Below, in pieces: positions 37,688-48,112 of a stretch of DNA of 64,000 nucleotides. The DNA is from Verrucomicrobiales bacterium (GTDB lineage Bacteria > Verrucomicrobiota > Verrucomicrobiia > Verrucomicrobiales > DEV007): assembly GCA_030747955.1 (NCBI GenBank), contig JASLJT010000181.1:1940-65939 (forward strand), given 5' to 3'. The position numbers and the translations under genes were made by a program. The notes beneath the pieces were generated by a model. The model had not been told where the DNA came from and ran no database searches. It saw nothing but the letters and a program-made list of their open reading frames with translations. Each line of letters starts with the position of its first letter. The first letter of the stretch is position 1.

Positions 37688-39001
37688 ATGTCTATTCCAT
37701 ACCAACGCACTCTTGCCTCAAGCGCTTCGCTCGAAGGCACTTCGCTTCACACGGGTGAAAAAGTGACACTGACCATGAAACCGGCTCCTGCCAATCATGG
37801 CATTGTGTTCCGTCGTATCGATTTAGATGATAAGCCCTTCATCCCTGCGATCGTTGACAACGTACAACAAGTTGAGCGGGCAACGACCTTAGCGGTCGGC
37901 TCAGTCAAAGTCCATACGGTAGAACATGTGATAAGCGCATTGGCTGGAATGGGCATTGATAATGCAATCATTGAGATGGATGCCAATGAACCCCCGATCG
38001 GCGACGGTTCATCGGCTCCATACGTTAACTGTATACGTGAAGCTGGGACAGAAGAACAGGACCAGTTGGCAAGCGTGTTCGAAATCCGTGAACCCATTCA
38101 TATGGAAAATGAAAATGGTTCCATCATTACCATTCTACCTAGTAAGACTTTCCGTGTGTCCTGCACGCACGCTGGTGAGGGAGGAAGGATGACCCAGTAT
38201 TACTCAACTGAAATCACTCCTGAAATTTATGAAAAAGAAATTGCTCCTGCCCGCACATTTGTATTTTACGAAGATGTTGAGCCTTTGTTGGAAAAAGGAC
38301 TAATCAAAGGTGGGTCACTAGAAAATGCTGTTGTTATAAGAGACGAATCCATACTGAGTAAAGAGCCTCTCCGGTTCGAAGAAGAATTCGCAAGACATAA
38401 AATTCTCGACGTGATCGGGGATCTGATGCTCTCCGGTAAGCGCATCATGGGACATGTACTCTGCGTAAAACCAGGACATGGGCCAAATACCCAAATGGCT
38501 GTCCAATTAAAAAAGGCATTTGGTGCGGTCATGTCAATGACGCCTCGAGTTAACATTCCTACGGGTGAGGGCGCCTTGGACATTAATGAGGTAATGAAAA
38601 TTTTGCCTCACCGTTATCCTTTCCTCTTGCTGGATAGGATTATCAAATTTGAAGGCGATAACAAGTGCACGGGAATCAAATCTGTAACAATAAATGAACC
38701 ATTCTTTCAGGGTCACTTTCCAAATCATCCCGTAATGCCTGGAGTATTACAATTAGAAGCGATGGCACAACTCGCAAGCATCATGCTACTCCGAAAACCT
38801 GAAAATCAGGGTAAGATAGGTTATTTTTTGAGCGCCGATAAAGTAAAATTCCGTAAACCGGTAATGCCTGGTGATACTCTTTTTATTGAAGGTGAGGCCT
38901 TAAAAATTAAAAGTAGTGTTGCCCAGGCAAAGTGCCGTTGCTTTGTCAATGAAGCTTTAGTTTCCGAAGCGGAACTCAAATTCAGTTTGATTTCGAGCTA
39001 A
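37688..39001 (+). CDS. lpxC-fabZ: bifunctional UDP-3-O-acyl-GlcNAc deacetylase / 3-hydroxyacyl-ACP dehydratase (LpxC-FabZ fusion)
   Basis: The N-terminal half is LpxC-like (GIVFRRIDL, TVEHVISALAGMGIDN, HKILDVIGDL, GHGPN). The C-terminal half is FabZ-like (LPHRYPFLLLDRI, NEPFFQGHFPNHPVMPGVL). Start at ATG 37688. Confidence 0.9.
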   Translation: MSIPYQRTLASSASLEGTSLHTGEKVTLTMKPAPANHGIVFRRIDLDDKPFIPAIVDNVQQVERATTLAVGSVKVHTVEHVISALAGMGIDNAIIEMDANEPPIGDGSSAPYVNCIREAGTEEQDQLASVFEIREPIHMENENGSIITILPSKTFRVSCTHAGEGGRMTQYYSTEITPEIYEKEIAPARTFVFYEDVEPLLEKGLIKGGSLENAVVIRDESILSKEPLRFEEEFARHKILDVIGDLMLSGKRIMGHVLCVKPGHGPNTQMAVQLKKAFGAVMSMTPRVNIPTGEGALDINEVMKILPHRYPFLLLDRIIKFEGDNKCTGIKSVTINEPFFQGHFPNHPVMPGVLQLEAMAQLASIMLLRKPENQGKIGYFLSADKVKFRKPVMPGDTLFIEGEALKIKSSVAQAKCRCFVNEALVSEAELKFSLISS

Positions 39002-39076
39002 TTTTTGTCTGTTACTTTCTACGCATGCATTGTGATACCAGCTTGCGATTTGGTCCTATATGGATGATCTTATGAG

Positions 39077-39865
39077 GTGCCGAATGTTGACATTCATCCC
39101 ACTGCCATAATAGATCCGGGAGCGATAATTGGTGATGAGACCAAAATCGGTCCATATTGTGTCATTAGAGAAGGTGTGAAAATCGGACGTGGTTGTGTTC
39201 TTCACGATCATATTTCTATTGAAGGGTCTACCACTATAGGTGATCAGAATACCTTTCATGCTCACTCTGTGATCGGAGGCCAAAGCCAAGACCTAAAATA
39301 TTCAGGTGAGCCAACGTACTTAGAAATTGGCAATCAAAATACTTTCCGAGAATTTGTTACTGTTAATAGGGGCACGGACCCCGGTAGCAAAACTCAAGTC
39401 GGAAGTCATGGGACTTTTTTGGCTTATTCGCACATCGCTCATGATTGTGTTGTCGGTGACCATGTTATTTTTTCCAATAACGGAACCCTTGCAGGCCATG
39501 TCCAGATGGGTGACTATGCAATTCTTGGTGGATTAACTGCCGTTCACCAATTCTGTCGTATCGGTTCTCATGCAATTACGGGCGGTTGTTCAAAAATTGT
39601 TCAGGACGTTCCCCCATTTATGATCGCTGATGGTAACCCTGCGGAAATTCGAAGCATTAACGCTATTGGCTTGCAGCGTCGTGGATTTGCTGATGGAGAC
39701 ATACGATCTCTCAAAGAGGCTTATAAGACTATTTTCTTGAGAAAAATGACAGTCTCAGATGCATTGCAAGAACTGAAAAATAGTTCTGCTGAGCTGGCCG
39801 GTGAACATCCTGTGAATATCCTAATCGCATTCATAGAATCCAGCGAGAGAGGCATCATTCGCTAA
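39077..39865 (+). CDS. lpxA: acyl-ACP--UDP-N-acetylglucosamine O-acyltransferase
   Basis: IHPTAIIDPGAIIGDETKIGPYCVI hexapeptide repeats and the LpxA C-terminal helical domain (NAIGLQRRGF). GTG start. Confidence 0.9.
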   Translation: MPNVDIHPTAIIDPGAIIGDETKIGPYCVIREGVKIGRGCVLHDHISIEGSTTIGDQNTFHAHSVIGGQSQDLKYSGEPTYLEIGNQNTFREFVTVNRGTDPGSKTQVGSHGTFLAYSHIAHDCVVGDHVIFSNNGTLAGHVQMGDYAILGGLTAVHQFCRIGSHAITGGCSKIVQDVPPFMIADGNPAEIRSINAIGLQRRGFADGDIRSLKEAYKTIFLRKMTVSDALQELKNSSAELAGEHPVNILIAFIESSERGIIR

Positions 39866-39884
39866 AATAGCTTATTAATTGAAA

Positions 39885-40184
39885 ATGAAGCCCAGTATCA
39901 ATCGACTTCGGCTCATTGGCTACATTGAAGGTATCTCTTTTCTGATACTTCTGCTATTTGCAATGCCGATGAAATACATGGCTGGCAAACCATCCTTCGT
40001 GGTATGGTGTGGTTGGATTCATGGAATGCTTTTTATTTTGTTTTGTTTCGCATTGCTCGAAACCAAAATAAAATTGCAGTGGAAAATTCAAACTGCAGTG
40101 GTTCCTTTTATTGCAGCGTTTGTTCCTTGCGGACCATTCTTTATTGATCGTTGGTTAAAAAGTTCTGATCGGAGTTGTTCTTAA
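39885..40184 (+). CDS. DUF3817-family small membrane protein
   Basis: LRLIGYIEGISFLILLLFAMPMKYMAGKP..GWIHGMLFILF. ATG at 39885; the track start 39879 is TTG. Confidence 0.65.
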   Translation: MKPSINRLRLIGYIEGISFLILLLFAMPMKYMAGKPSFVVWCGWIHGMLFILFCFALLETKIKLQWKIQTAVVPFIAAFVPCGPFFIDRWLKSSDRSCS

Positions 40185-40189
40185 GACTT

Positions 40190-40783
40190 TTAAGTTTTCT
40201 GTTCGTTGTTTTTGTCCAGGATATTTACTATCTTTTGTTTCAATTCACCAAATTCAAACTCATTTAATACTGAGACGCTTCCAATTTCCTGATCCTCTGT
40301 AAACAGCGGCAAATTCACCCACGACCGACAGCCCCCATATTTTTTTTCATACGGTATTTTCAAAATTTCTTCAAATCGAAAGACTCTGACAAGAGCTGCA
40401 CTAATTGAGGGCTGGTCGTCGCCTTCTTTCCCCCAATTATATCTATCTAAGATTATTTGCTCATCCCAAATGTGGTATTCGTGCAGTGCTTCTATGCTTT
40501 TCCATTGAGATAAATGCCAAACCGAATCGATACTTGCCCAATATTGAATTGGTACTATTTCTCCGATCTGATATTCAGTTGTTGGAGCGGCTGATCTTTC
40601 AGGATCAATACGAACTCTTTCTTCTTGTTCGTGAAATCTTGTAGGAAACAATGCAAATTTTTCGTGTTCAAATTGAAAGCCTTTCTTGCCCTCGTGAATT
40701 CCCCCCTTCCGCAATATTAAACTTTGTTTTCCGCAACCGAGCGTATCGCATATGATAGACCATTCTTTAAAGGCCACATTCAT
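40190..40783 (-). CDS. DUF1802-like hypothetical protein
   Basis: FKEWSIICDTLGCGKQSLILRKGGIHE...FALFPTRFHEQ resembles DUF1802. The start is uncertain (ATG at 40783, 40798 or 40834). Confidence 0.5.
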   Translation of the reverse strand: MNVAFKEWSIICDTLGCGKQSLILRKGGIHEGKKGFQFEHEKFALFPTRFHEQEERVRIDPERSAAPTTEYQIGEIVPIQYWASIDSVWHLSQWKSIEALHEYHIWDEQIILDRYNWGKEGDDQPSISAALVRVFRFEEILKIPYEKKYGGCRSWVNLPLFTEDQEIGSVSVLNEFEFGELKQKIVNILDKNNEQKT

Positions 40784-41021
40784 TGATTCTCCTGACATCG
40801 CCCAAAGAATGTTACTTAATGGCAATGCATGCAAGGAATTGAATATTTGTTTTAAGGCGCTGCTTTGATGTCATTCGTAACTTCATTTTTACTGATCTCC
40901 GCCATACTCATAGATTATCAGCCCCGATAAGCACGAACTTGTGGCTATTGCTTGTATTTACCCTGTTTTACTGGTATTTTCTCATCAATACCTCCTCTCA
41001 AAAATATACCCCCCATTTTCC

Positions 41022-44000
41022 ATGCATTTTTCTTTGCTCACCAATTTTGGTGTTACTTTACTCGTTACTTTAATTTTAGCGGTTACTTCAGTCGCTGAAC
41101 GCGTCACTTTTAGTGAGATTCATTACTCTCCAAAAGATGATAAGCCTGAATATATAGAGCTATTTAATAATTCCGGTTCCGCTGTTGATTTTGCGTGCTG
41201 GGAATTTTCGGATGGTATCGATTATAAATTTCCTGACTTCTCCGCATCATCTCCTCAACAAACATTTATGTGCGCTTTTGAGCGCGTATTAGTCACCAAT
41301 GTTGATGAGAAAACATTCCGCGCAAATTATACAGTGCCTGGGGATGTTAAAATATTTGGTCCTTACACTGGTTCTTTGAGTAATGCAGGAGAAGCCCTAG
41401 AGCTGAGAGATAAAAATGGCGTCATGGTTTGCCGTGTCAGATACAATGATCGGGGAACGTGGCCTGTCGCTGCTGATGGTGCTGGTCATTCATTGCGTTT
41501 AATCAACAAGTATCTTAGTTGCTCAAAATTTGATAATTGGGCTGCGAGTGCATCTCCGGGGGGCACACCAGGAGTGGCCCCTGCAGGCTCGGACGGGCAA
41601 CGTTTTTCAAATCCATCAGTGGATCTTGCAGCGTCTTTTCCGATCGTCAGTCTTGGAGATGAATGGAAATATGATGATTCTGGCAATGATCTTGGTAGCG
41701 GATGGAAGGAGTCAGGATATGACGATTCATCATGGTCCAGTGGTGGTGGTATCTTTGGTCGAGAAACTGCTTCACGGATAGCAGCGATGCCTGAACCCAA
41801 GATTCAAACCGAATGGAAAGAGCGCATTTCAACTCATTATATGAGAAAACAATTCGAATGGGCCGGCGGAACAACCTCTGCTTTCTTTTCAATGGATGCG
41901 ATTCTTGATGACGGACTGGTTATTTATTTGAACGGGAAAGAAGTCGGGCGCCATCGCATGCCTGCTGGAGAAATTAACTATCAGACTAATGCATCTTCAG
42001 TGCCTTCATCACTTGAGGCAAAGATCGAACAAGGAATCATTGAATCTGACATAAGTGGTATGCTGATAAATGGCACTAATACACTAGCTGTAGAGGTTCA
42101 TAATAATAGCCGTAACAGCTCGGACCTTGTCTTTGGTCCAATCATTCGGGTTTCAGGTGCTGGGGGTGCTGCCATTATTAATGAAGTAAAGGTCGGCGAT
42201 GCTGGTAATGGATTTATCGAATTTTATAATTCCTCTGACAAAGAAATCAATTTGCAGGGATATCATCTTAGTAATGATATCAATGATCTTAAAAAGTTTA
42301 CTATAGGAGCTAATGCCACTATTTCCGCCTCAGGTTTCACGACCATTGGCTTTAAAGAGGCAGGATTCACTGTGGGTGGTAAAACAAAAATTTATCTAAG
42401 TTCTCCTGGTGCCGTTACAACACTTGATGCGTTCGAGGCTACGCTCGGAGCTGATGGCCGTTCTGTTGGAAGAAAACCAGCCGGTGGATCTGACTGGTTT
42501 GTTTTTACTGATCCGACCCCAGGTGCCGCTAATATAGACAGTAGTGATCTTGCGGGCTTGCTTGATCTCAACGAGGTCCACTTTGATGCAGAGGGAAATG
42601 TGGATTGGATTGAACTTTCTGCTGATAGTGATGCTGCTATTCCGGTTGAAGGCTTGTCTTTAACTTCCAAAATTGATTTTTCAGATGCTGTCCCTTTGTC
42701 GGGTTCTGTTTCGGGCAATTCTCCAAAGAGCTGGGATGTCAATTTTTCATCTGAAAACACAAATGAAATTCGGGTCTATCTAATCACCTCAGGGGGCACT
42801 GTGCTAGCAGCAGACTCTTTCCGTGTTCGCGATGGTGTAGAAAGCTATCAAAGTGATCCGCCTGGAAAAGAATGGTTCCGGGGCCCTGGTCATACGAAAA
42901 ATGCAGCTAACGAGCCGGTCAGGGAAACGAGCATCATCATCAACGAAATAATGTCCGATCCTCCAAGTGATGAAAGGAACGGTGAATTTATAGAGCTGTA
43001 TAATAGGGGCAATGAGACCGTTGATCTTAGTGGCTGGGAATTTGTTGAGGGAATTAGTTTTACTTTCCCGGCCGGCACAAGCATTGGGGCTGGGGCTCAT
43101 TTGGTAGTTGCTGCTAACAAAGATTGGATCAAATCAAATTATGGCGATGTTCCGGTAATAGGAAACTATGAAAACAACTTGGCTAATGAAGGTGAACTTC
43201 TGAGGCTCGAGGACAGTAACGGAAATTTGGCTGATGAAGTGAACTACAAAGTTGGTGGAGATTGGCCACAATGGACAAATGGCGATGGAAGTAGTATGGA
43301 ACTCATTCATCCCTTTGCTGATAATGATCTTCCTAGCTCTTGGAAAGATAGTGATGAGAGTCAGAAAACAAGTTTTGAGGAATACAGCTTCACGAGCATC
43401 TATCACCACCTTTCAGTTCCGCGTCTTGATAAAGAATTGTGGGTCCATCTTGTCGGAGACGCACATGTCATTCTGAAAGATATAGAGCTTCTCAGGGGGG
43501 GTCAGGATATCATGCAAAACGCTGCTAAGCGTACTACGAACGGTCGAGGTGAAACTGGATGGTTGCCACAGGGAACGCATCATGCCAGCTATTTTGAAAA
43601 TGGTGAATTTCACCTGATTTCTGATGGGCACGGTGACAATCGAGCAAACAAAGCTGAAATTCAGGTCAATGAATTAACGCGCAATGATGAGCTGACTCTT
43701 AAGTTCAAGGCCCGTTGGGTTAAAGGAAAGCCCAGGGTCATTTTCAAAACATTTGAAGACAGTTTTGTTTCTACTTATAGGTTACCTATTCCTAATGATC
43801 TTGGCAGTCCTGGTAAACCAAATGGATCATTACTTTCTTCAGCGCCGCCCGCCTTAGGCTATTTATCACACAATCCAGCAGTCCCCACTAGTAAGGAGCC
43901 TGTCACTGTATCTGCTAAGGTGTCCGGAGCCGCAGATTCAGTCAAACTTATGTATCGTCAGGACTCAGCAACCAATGACAGGGACTGGAAATCTCTTACT

Positions 44001-47000
44001 ATGAATGACAACGGTGCCGGTGCAGACTCTCGTGCCGGTGATGGAATATGGTCAGCCCAAATTTTAGATCAGGGAGTAGATAATAGGATCGTGCAATTCT
44101 ATGTCCTTGCAAAAAATGGCGCACAAGAAGTCACTCTTCCTTCCCGTGCACCTGAAATACCAGCAATGTACGTTGTCGATAATTCTGAAATTAAGACTGA
44201 TGTAACAAGTTATCGGGTCGTGATTTCAGATTATGATCGCCGTTCAATGACGAGCGGAAGCAGCGCAGCATGGGAATGGAAATTTCCAAACCTTTCTAAC
44301 AATTATAAAAAGATGACCCTCATCGTTGATGAAAAAGAAATATTTTATAATTGTGAGGTCCGATCTTCCGGAAGCCCTTGGCATGCTGGAAGCAGATCAA
44401 ATTTCACACAACGAGGTAAATTTAAAATGCCTTTAGACAAACGTCTCCGCGGCCTTGCAAAAATTGCTTGGGACAATACCCCGGCAGCAGAGGGTGCTGC
44501 TAATATATTTAATAACAAAGTTCCTAGATACATGCTTTATCTTATGGGCCATGAAGTGAACGAAAACGAATTTGCTTCAATGATTGAGAACGGAGGAAAT
44601 CCTAGACACTCAGTAGAATTTTTTGAACCAGTCGGTAATGATTTTCTGGAAAGAAACTTTGGGGATGATGGTCCGCAAGGAGAGCTTTACCGACAAGATG
44701 ATATATTTTTCTTCGATGATAATTACAGCAAAGACCAAATAACCAGTCGGTACTGGTGGTACGCTGGTGATGACTGGCCGGGTCCAGGAAGATATCACAG
44801 TCAGTGGCTGAAGCGTTCGAGGGAAACAGATTATGATTATACAGCTTTAATCAATCTATTAAAAACCGTAAAGAATTCTAACGGGTACACTGAAGAGGAA
44901 ATAAATCGTCTCGTTGACGCGAGAAGAATATGCATGATGGCTGCCGTGAGAGGTTACATCGGGGACTGGGATTCTTTCACATTAAGACGCCCCAAGAACA
45001 GTTTCTTTTACAGGGGCCCAGGAGATGGAAAATTTCATTTCTTCTTCCATGACTCTGACTTGGCTTTTCAAAACACTGGAGAAATGATCTTTAGTGGAGG
45101 AAATGAATTCTCAGCTTGGCTTCGTAAGCCTTATAACAGGCGTATTTTTCGATACTATCTAACAGAAATATTGGATAAATTTCAGGCCAAAGGGCCACGT
45201 GTGGATGCCTGGTTCGACTGTGAACAGGCAGTTTCCACCACCTACAATCCAAACCAGAATAAATATACGGGTTGGGACAGTGGCAGGCGCAATCGTATTT
45301 TGAGTGAACTTTCAAATGGTCATACCAGAAAACTTGATGTCGACCCAATTGCCAATACATCTAATGATAATATCACAATTACCGGAGAAGCTGGATATCG
45401 GGTCTGGGAAGTTGCCGTAGAAAACCACCCCGAGGGTCAATTCAGCTGGATCGATGAAACAACATGGAAAATTGAAGGAATTTCCTTAAGAAGCGGATCA
45501 AACTCTTTCCGTGTCATCGCATTGGATGATGATGGTAAGGCTGCGTTTGGAGAAGAAACAGATACTGTCACGGTAAACAAAACAAATAATGCAGCTCCGC
45601 ACATAGTCCTTGATTTGAATCCTGGTTCTGCAAACGTCGAGCTGGCCAGCACCTTGGTCCTTGATGCCAGTGAAAGTTACGACCCAGAAGGTGATGCCCT
45701 TTCATTTGTATGGAGCGCTTCGTCAGAGAATGTCGTTTTAACATCAGATGGCCCGACTGCCGTTGTCAGTTTTGCGACTCCTGGACTATATGAAATATCT
45801 TTAGACGTAACAGATCAGAAAGATAAAAAATCCACAATCTCAAGGCAAATAACTGTATTTGGGCCTAAGGGCTTTTCAGCATTTAATGATGTTTGGATTG
45901 CCCCATGGATCCAAGAACATGACATAGAACAAAAAGACAATTACTCTCCCGGGGCCTGGTGGTCCCTCAGTGAAGCACTAGGGAAATTAGTTATTCAATT
46001 GCCGGATGATAAGTCCTATCCGTTAGGGCTGCCTCCGGGCATTGCTGATTCAAAAAGTTATATCCAGTTAGATCATGCCTGGCAATATAGTGATGAAAAC
46101 ATCGATTATATGTCCGAATTTGCTAAAGTAGGCTTTGATGATTCCTCTTGGAAAACAGGAAAGGGTATGTTTGGTAAAGATTCCGGCACGATACCAGAGC
46201 CAGGGATCAATACTCCACTGCAAAACAATTCGGCAGAGAACCTAGTAAGTTATTACTTTAGAACAGAATTTGAATTCTCTGATGATCCGGTCGGTTCAGA
46301 AATTGATCTCCGCGCTGTCATAGATGATGGAGCTAGATTTTGGCTCAACGGCATTGAAATTGATCGTGTCCGGTTACCTAATGGTCAGATCGAGCATGGA
46401 ACCGGAGCAAGCAGTAATACTGCTTCTAGAGATGAAAAACAATCACGGCAAGTGGGTATTTACGATGGTACCGGATCATTAGTAAATGGGACAAATGTAC
46501 TCGCCGTGGATCTTCATAACCGTAATTCTAGAAGCTCTGACTATCTCTTTGCTGCCGAGCTTGATATCACAGCTCAACCGGTCACGGAAGGTGGTAATCT
46601 CGATGGAACCACGCACCCCTGGCTTAAACGTGATCTACCCACTCATTCCAATTGGGTATTACAAACTGATCTTGAACTATGGAATCTCCAATTTGATGAA
46701 TTTATGGCGGGCTTAATAATCGAAGTTGATGAATCTGCCAAGCGATCTCGTTATGCTTTCGGTTATAAAGACGGAAGGCATTTAGCCGTCACCAAAATTA
46801 CCTCTTCTGGGAGCGCTGGAACAGTACATAGCGTTCCATTTTCTTCATCTGATGATGTTGTTATAAGAATACGCCGCGAAGAGGATCGTCTCTTTTTCGA
46901 AAGATCTCCCGAATCTGGAGTTTGGGAAATTATTCATCGCCTCGACCTTCAGACGAATTGGGAATCAGTGCATGGTGGAATATTTACAAGCTCAGAAGCC

Positions 47001-47948
47001 GCCCGTGGATTGAAGGTGAGTTTTGACTATATGATGCTCATTTCTCCTGATGAATCTTCACCTTCTAGTGGAGACATAGTTGTTTCAGAAGTAATGTATA
47101 ATCCATTAGAGGGTTCTGATTATGAATTTATTGAACTTTATAATGCGGGAGGAAATTCTGTCGATCTGACTGGTTTTTCTCTCCCCCAAGGTCAACCCGT
47201 GAATGAATTTATCTTTCCTGAAAGATCAATAGGTGCTGGTGAATATCTTCTAATTGTGGCTGATCGTGAATCTTTTTTAAGTAAATATGGTCAGCAGATT
47301 AATGCCCAAATAGTAGGCAGTTGGTCTGGTGGTAAGTTAAATAATAATGGCGAGGAAATTGTACTTTTGGATAGGGATGGAAATCTTGTCACGAGCTTTG
47401 TCTATGACAACAACGGGCCCTGGCCAACTCAGCCTGACGAAGATGGTTATTCTCTTGTATTATCCAATCCATTGTTGGGAAATACAAGTGATGGCTCTTT
47501 GTGGACATCAAGTTCTGCAATTGGAGGATCACCAGGAAAGGCTGAAACAATCAACGAAGCGTTTGCATCTTGGATGGAAGCCAGGGGAGAAACTAATCCA
47601 TTAGACGTTAAGGGAGGCGATTTACTCAATAATCTTCTTACGTATGCTTTTGGAATGGATCTTATTGGTGAAAACCCTCAAAGCGGAATTCCTTCATTGG
47701 ATATAGTCGAACTAGAAGGAAGACAGTACTTTGCCCTTGAATATCGGGAAAGAAAAGATGCGCCAGGTATCGAGTTTATCATTGAAATGAGTAATGATTT
47801 AATCACTTGGTCACAGGACAAAAACAACACAATTGAAATTTCTAGAGTGGCGGATGGTGCTGGTGCTGAACGAATCCTTTTACGCTCTAGGGATGCTATA
47901 AATGATAAGGATTTAGGGTTTTTGCGTGTGCGTGTTCTTTCGCCCTGA
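41022..47948 (+). CDS. giant (2,308 aa) secreted multidomain protein: lamin-tail domains x4-5, CotH kinase-like domain, PKD-like and lectin-like beta-sandwiches
   Basis: Signal/TM MHFSLLTNFGVTLLVTLILAV. LTD signatures: SEIHYSP..EYIELFN, IINEIMSDPP..EFIELYNRG, VVSEVMYNP..EFIELYNAG. CotH-like central region: NNYKKMTLIVDEKEIFYNCEVRSSGSPWH ... FFHDSDLAF. PKD-like LDASESYDPEGDALSFVW. A duplicated W.Y..E...W..GKG.FG...DDG...LNG sandwich. Confidence 0.8.
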   Translation: MHFSLLTNFGVTLLVTLILAVTSVAERVTFSEIHYSPKDDKPEYIELFNNSGSAVDFACWEFSDGIDYKFPDFSASSPQQTFMCAFERVLVTNVDEKTFRANYTVPGDVKIFGPYTGSLSNAGEALELRDKNGVMVCRVRYNDRGTWPVAADGAGHSLRLINKYLSCSKFDNWAASASPGGTPGVAPAGSDGQRFSNPSVDLAASFPIVSLGDEWKYDDSGNDLGSGWKESGYDDSSWSSGGGIFGRETASRIAAMPEPKIQTEWKERISTHYMRKQFEWAGGTTSAFFSMDAILDDGLVIYLNGKEVGRHRMPAGEINYQTNASSVPSSLEAKIEQGIIESDISGMLINGTNTLAVEVHNNSRNSSDLVFGPIIRVSGAGGAAIINEVKVGDAGNGFIEFYNSSDKEINLQGYHLSNDINDLKKFTIGANATISASGFTTIGFKEAGFTVGGKTKIYLSSPGAVTTLDAFEATLGADGRSVGRKPAGGSDWFVFTDPTPGAANIDSSDLAGLLDLNEVHFDAEGNVDWIELSADSDAAIPVEGLSLTSKIDFSDAVPLSGSVSGNSPKSWDVNFSSENTNEIRVYLITSGGTVLAADSFRVRDGVESYQSDPPGKEWFRGPGHTKNAANEPVRETSIIINEIMSDPPSDERNGEFIELYNRGNETVDLSGWEFVEGISFTFPAGTSIGAGAHLVVAANKDWIKSNYGDVPVIGNYENNLANEGELLRLEDSNGNLADEVNYKVGGDWPQWTNGDGSSMELIHPFADNDLPSSWKDSDESQKTSFEEYSFTSIYHHLSVPRLDKELWVHLVGDAHVILKDIELLRGGQDIMQNAAKRTTNGRGETGWLPQGTHHASYFENGEFHLISDGHGDNRANKAEIQVNELTRNDELTLKFKARWVKGKPRVIFKTFEDSFVSTYRLPIPNDLGSPGKPNGSLLSSAPPALGYLSHNPAVPTSKEPVTVSAKVSGAADSVKLMYRQDSATNDRDWKSLTMNDNGAGADSRAGDGIWSAQILDQGVDNRIVQFYVLAKNGAQEVTLPSRAPEIPAMYVVDNSEIKTDVTSYRVVISDYDRRSMTSGSSAAWEWKFPNLSNNYKKMTLIVDEKEIFYNCEVRSSGSPWHAGSRSNFTQRGKFKMPLDKRLRGLAKIAWDNTPAAEGAANIFNNKVPRYMLYLMGHEVNENEFASMIENGGNPRHSVEFFEPVGNDFLERNFGDDGPQGELYRQDDIFFFDDNYSKDQITSRYWWYAGDDWPGPGRYHSQWLKRSRETDYDYTALINLLKTVKNSNGYTEEEINRLVDARRICMMAAVRGYIGDWDSFTLRRPKNSFFYRGPGDGKFHFFFHDSDLAFQNTGEMIFSGGNEFSAWLRKPYNRRIFRYYLTEILDKFQAKGPRVDAWFDCEQAVSTTYNPNQNKYTGWDSGRRNRILSELSNGHTRKLDVDPIANTSNDNITITGEAGYRVWEVAVENHPEGQFSWIDETTWKIEGISLRSGSNSFRVIALDDDGKAAFGEETDTVTVNKTNNAAPHIVLDLNPGSANVELASTLVLDASESYDPEGDALSFVWSASSENVVLTSDGPTAVVSFATPGLYEISLDVTDQKDKKSTISRQITVFGPKGFSAFNDVWIAPWIQEHDIEQKDNYSPGAWWSLSEALGKLVIQLPDDKSYPLGLPPGIADSKSYIQLDHAWQYSDENIDYMSEFAKVGFDDSSWKTGKGMFGKDSGTIPEPGINTPLQNNSAENLVSYYFRTEFEFSDDPVGSEIDLRAVIDDGARFWLNGIEIDRVRLPNGQIEHGTGASSNTASRDEKQSRQVGIYDGTGSLVNGTNVLAVDLHNRNSRSSDYLFAAELDITAQPVTEGGNLDGTTHPWLKRDLPTHSNWVLQTDLELWNLQFDEFMAGLIIEVDESAKRSRYAFGYKDGRHLAVTKITSSGSAGTVHSVPFSSSDDVVIRIRREEDRLFFERSPESGVWEIIHRLDLQTNWESVHGGIFTSSEAARGLKVSFDYMMLISPDESSPSSGDIVVSEVMYNPLEGSDYEFIELYNAGGNSVDLTGFSLPQGQPVNEFIFPERSIGAGEYLLIVADRESFLSKYGQQINAQIVGSWSGGKLNNNGEEIVLLDRDGNLVTSFVYDNNGPWPTQPDEDGYSLVLSNPLLGNTSDGSLWTSSSAIGGSPGKAETINEAFASWMEARGETNPLDVKGGDLLNNLLTYAFGMDLIGENPQSGIPSLDIVELEGRQYFALEYRERKDAPGIEFIIEMSNDLITWSQDKNNTIEISRVADGAGAERILLRSRDAINDKDLGFLRVRVLSP

Positions 47949-48112
47949 TGTTGTGGAATTATTAAATTGGTTCATTTGGGGATTTTAAATGCATCTCATT
48001 GACTAGGTGGAATGTTTTGGTAGTATCATAAAGCCTTTCGCGCTGGTGAGCTGTTTGCGCTTTTTGTGTTTTTCGTCTCACCTGCGCGGAAATTATAGAA
48101 ATCATTTGAAAT

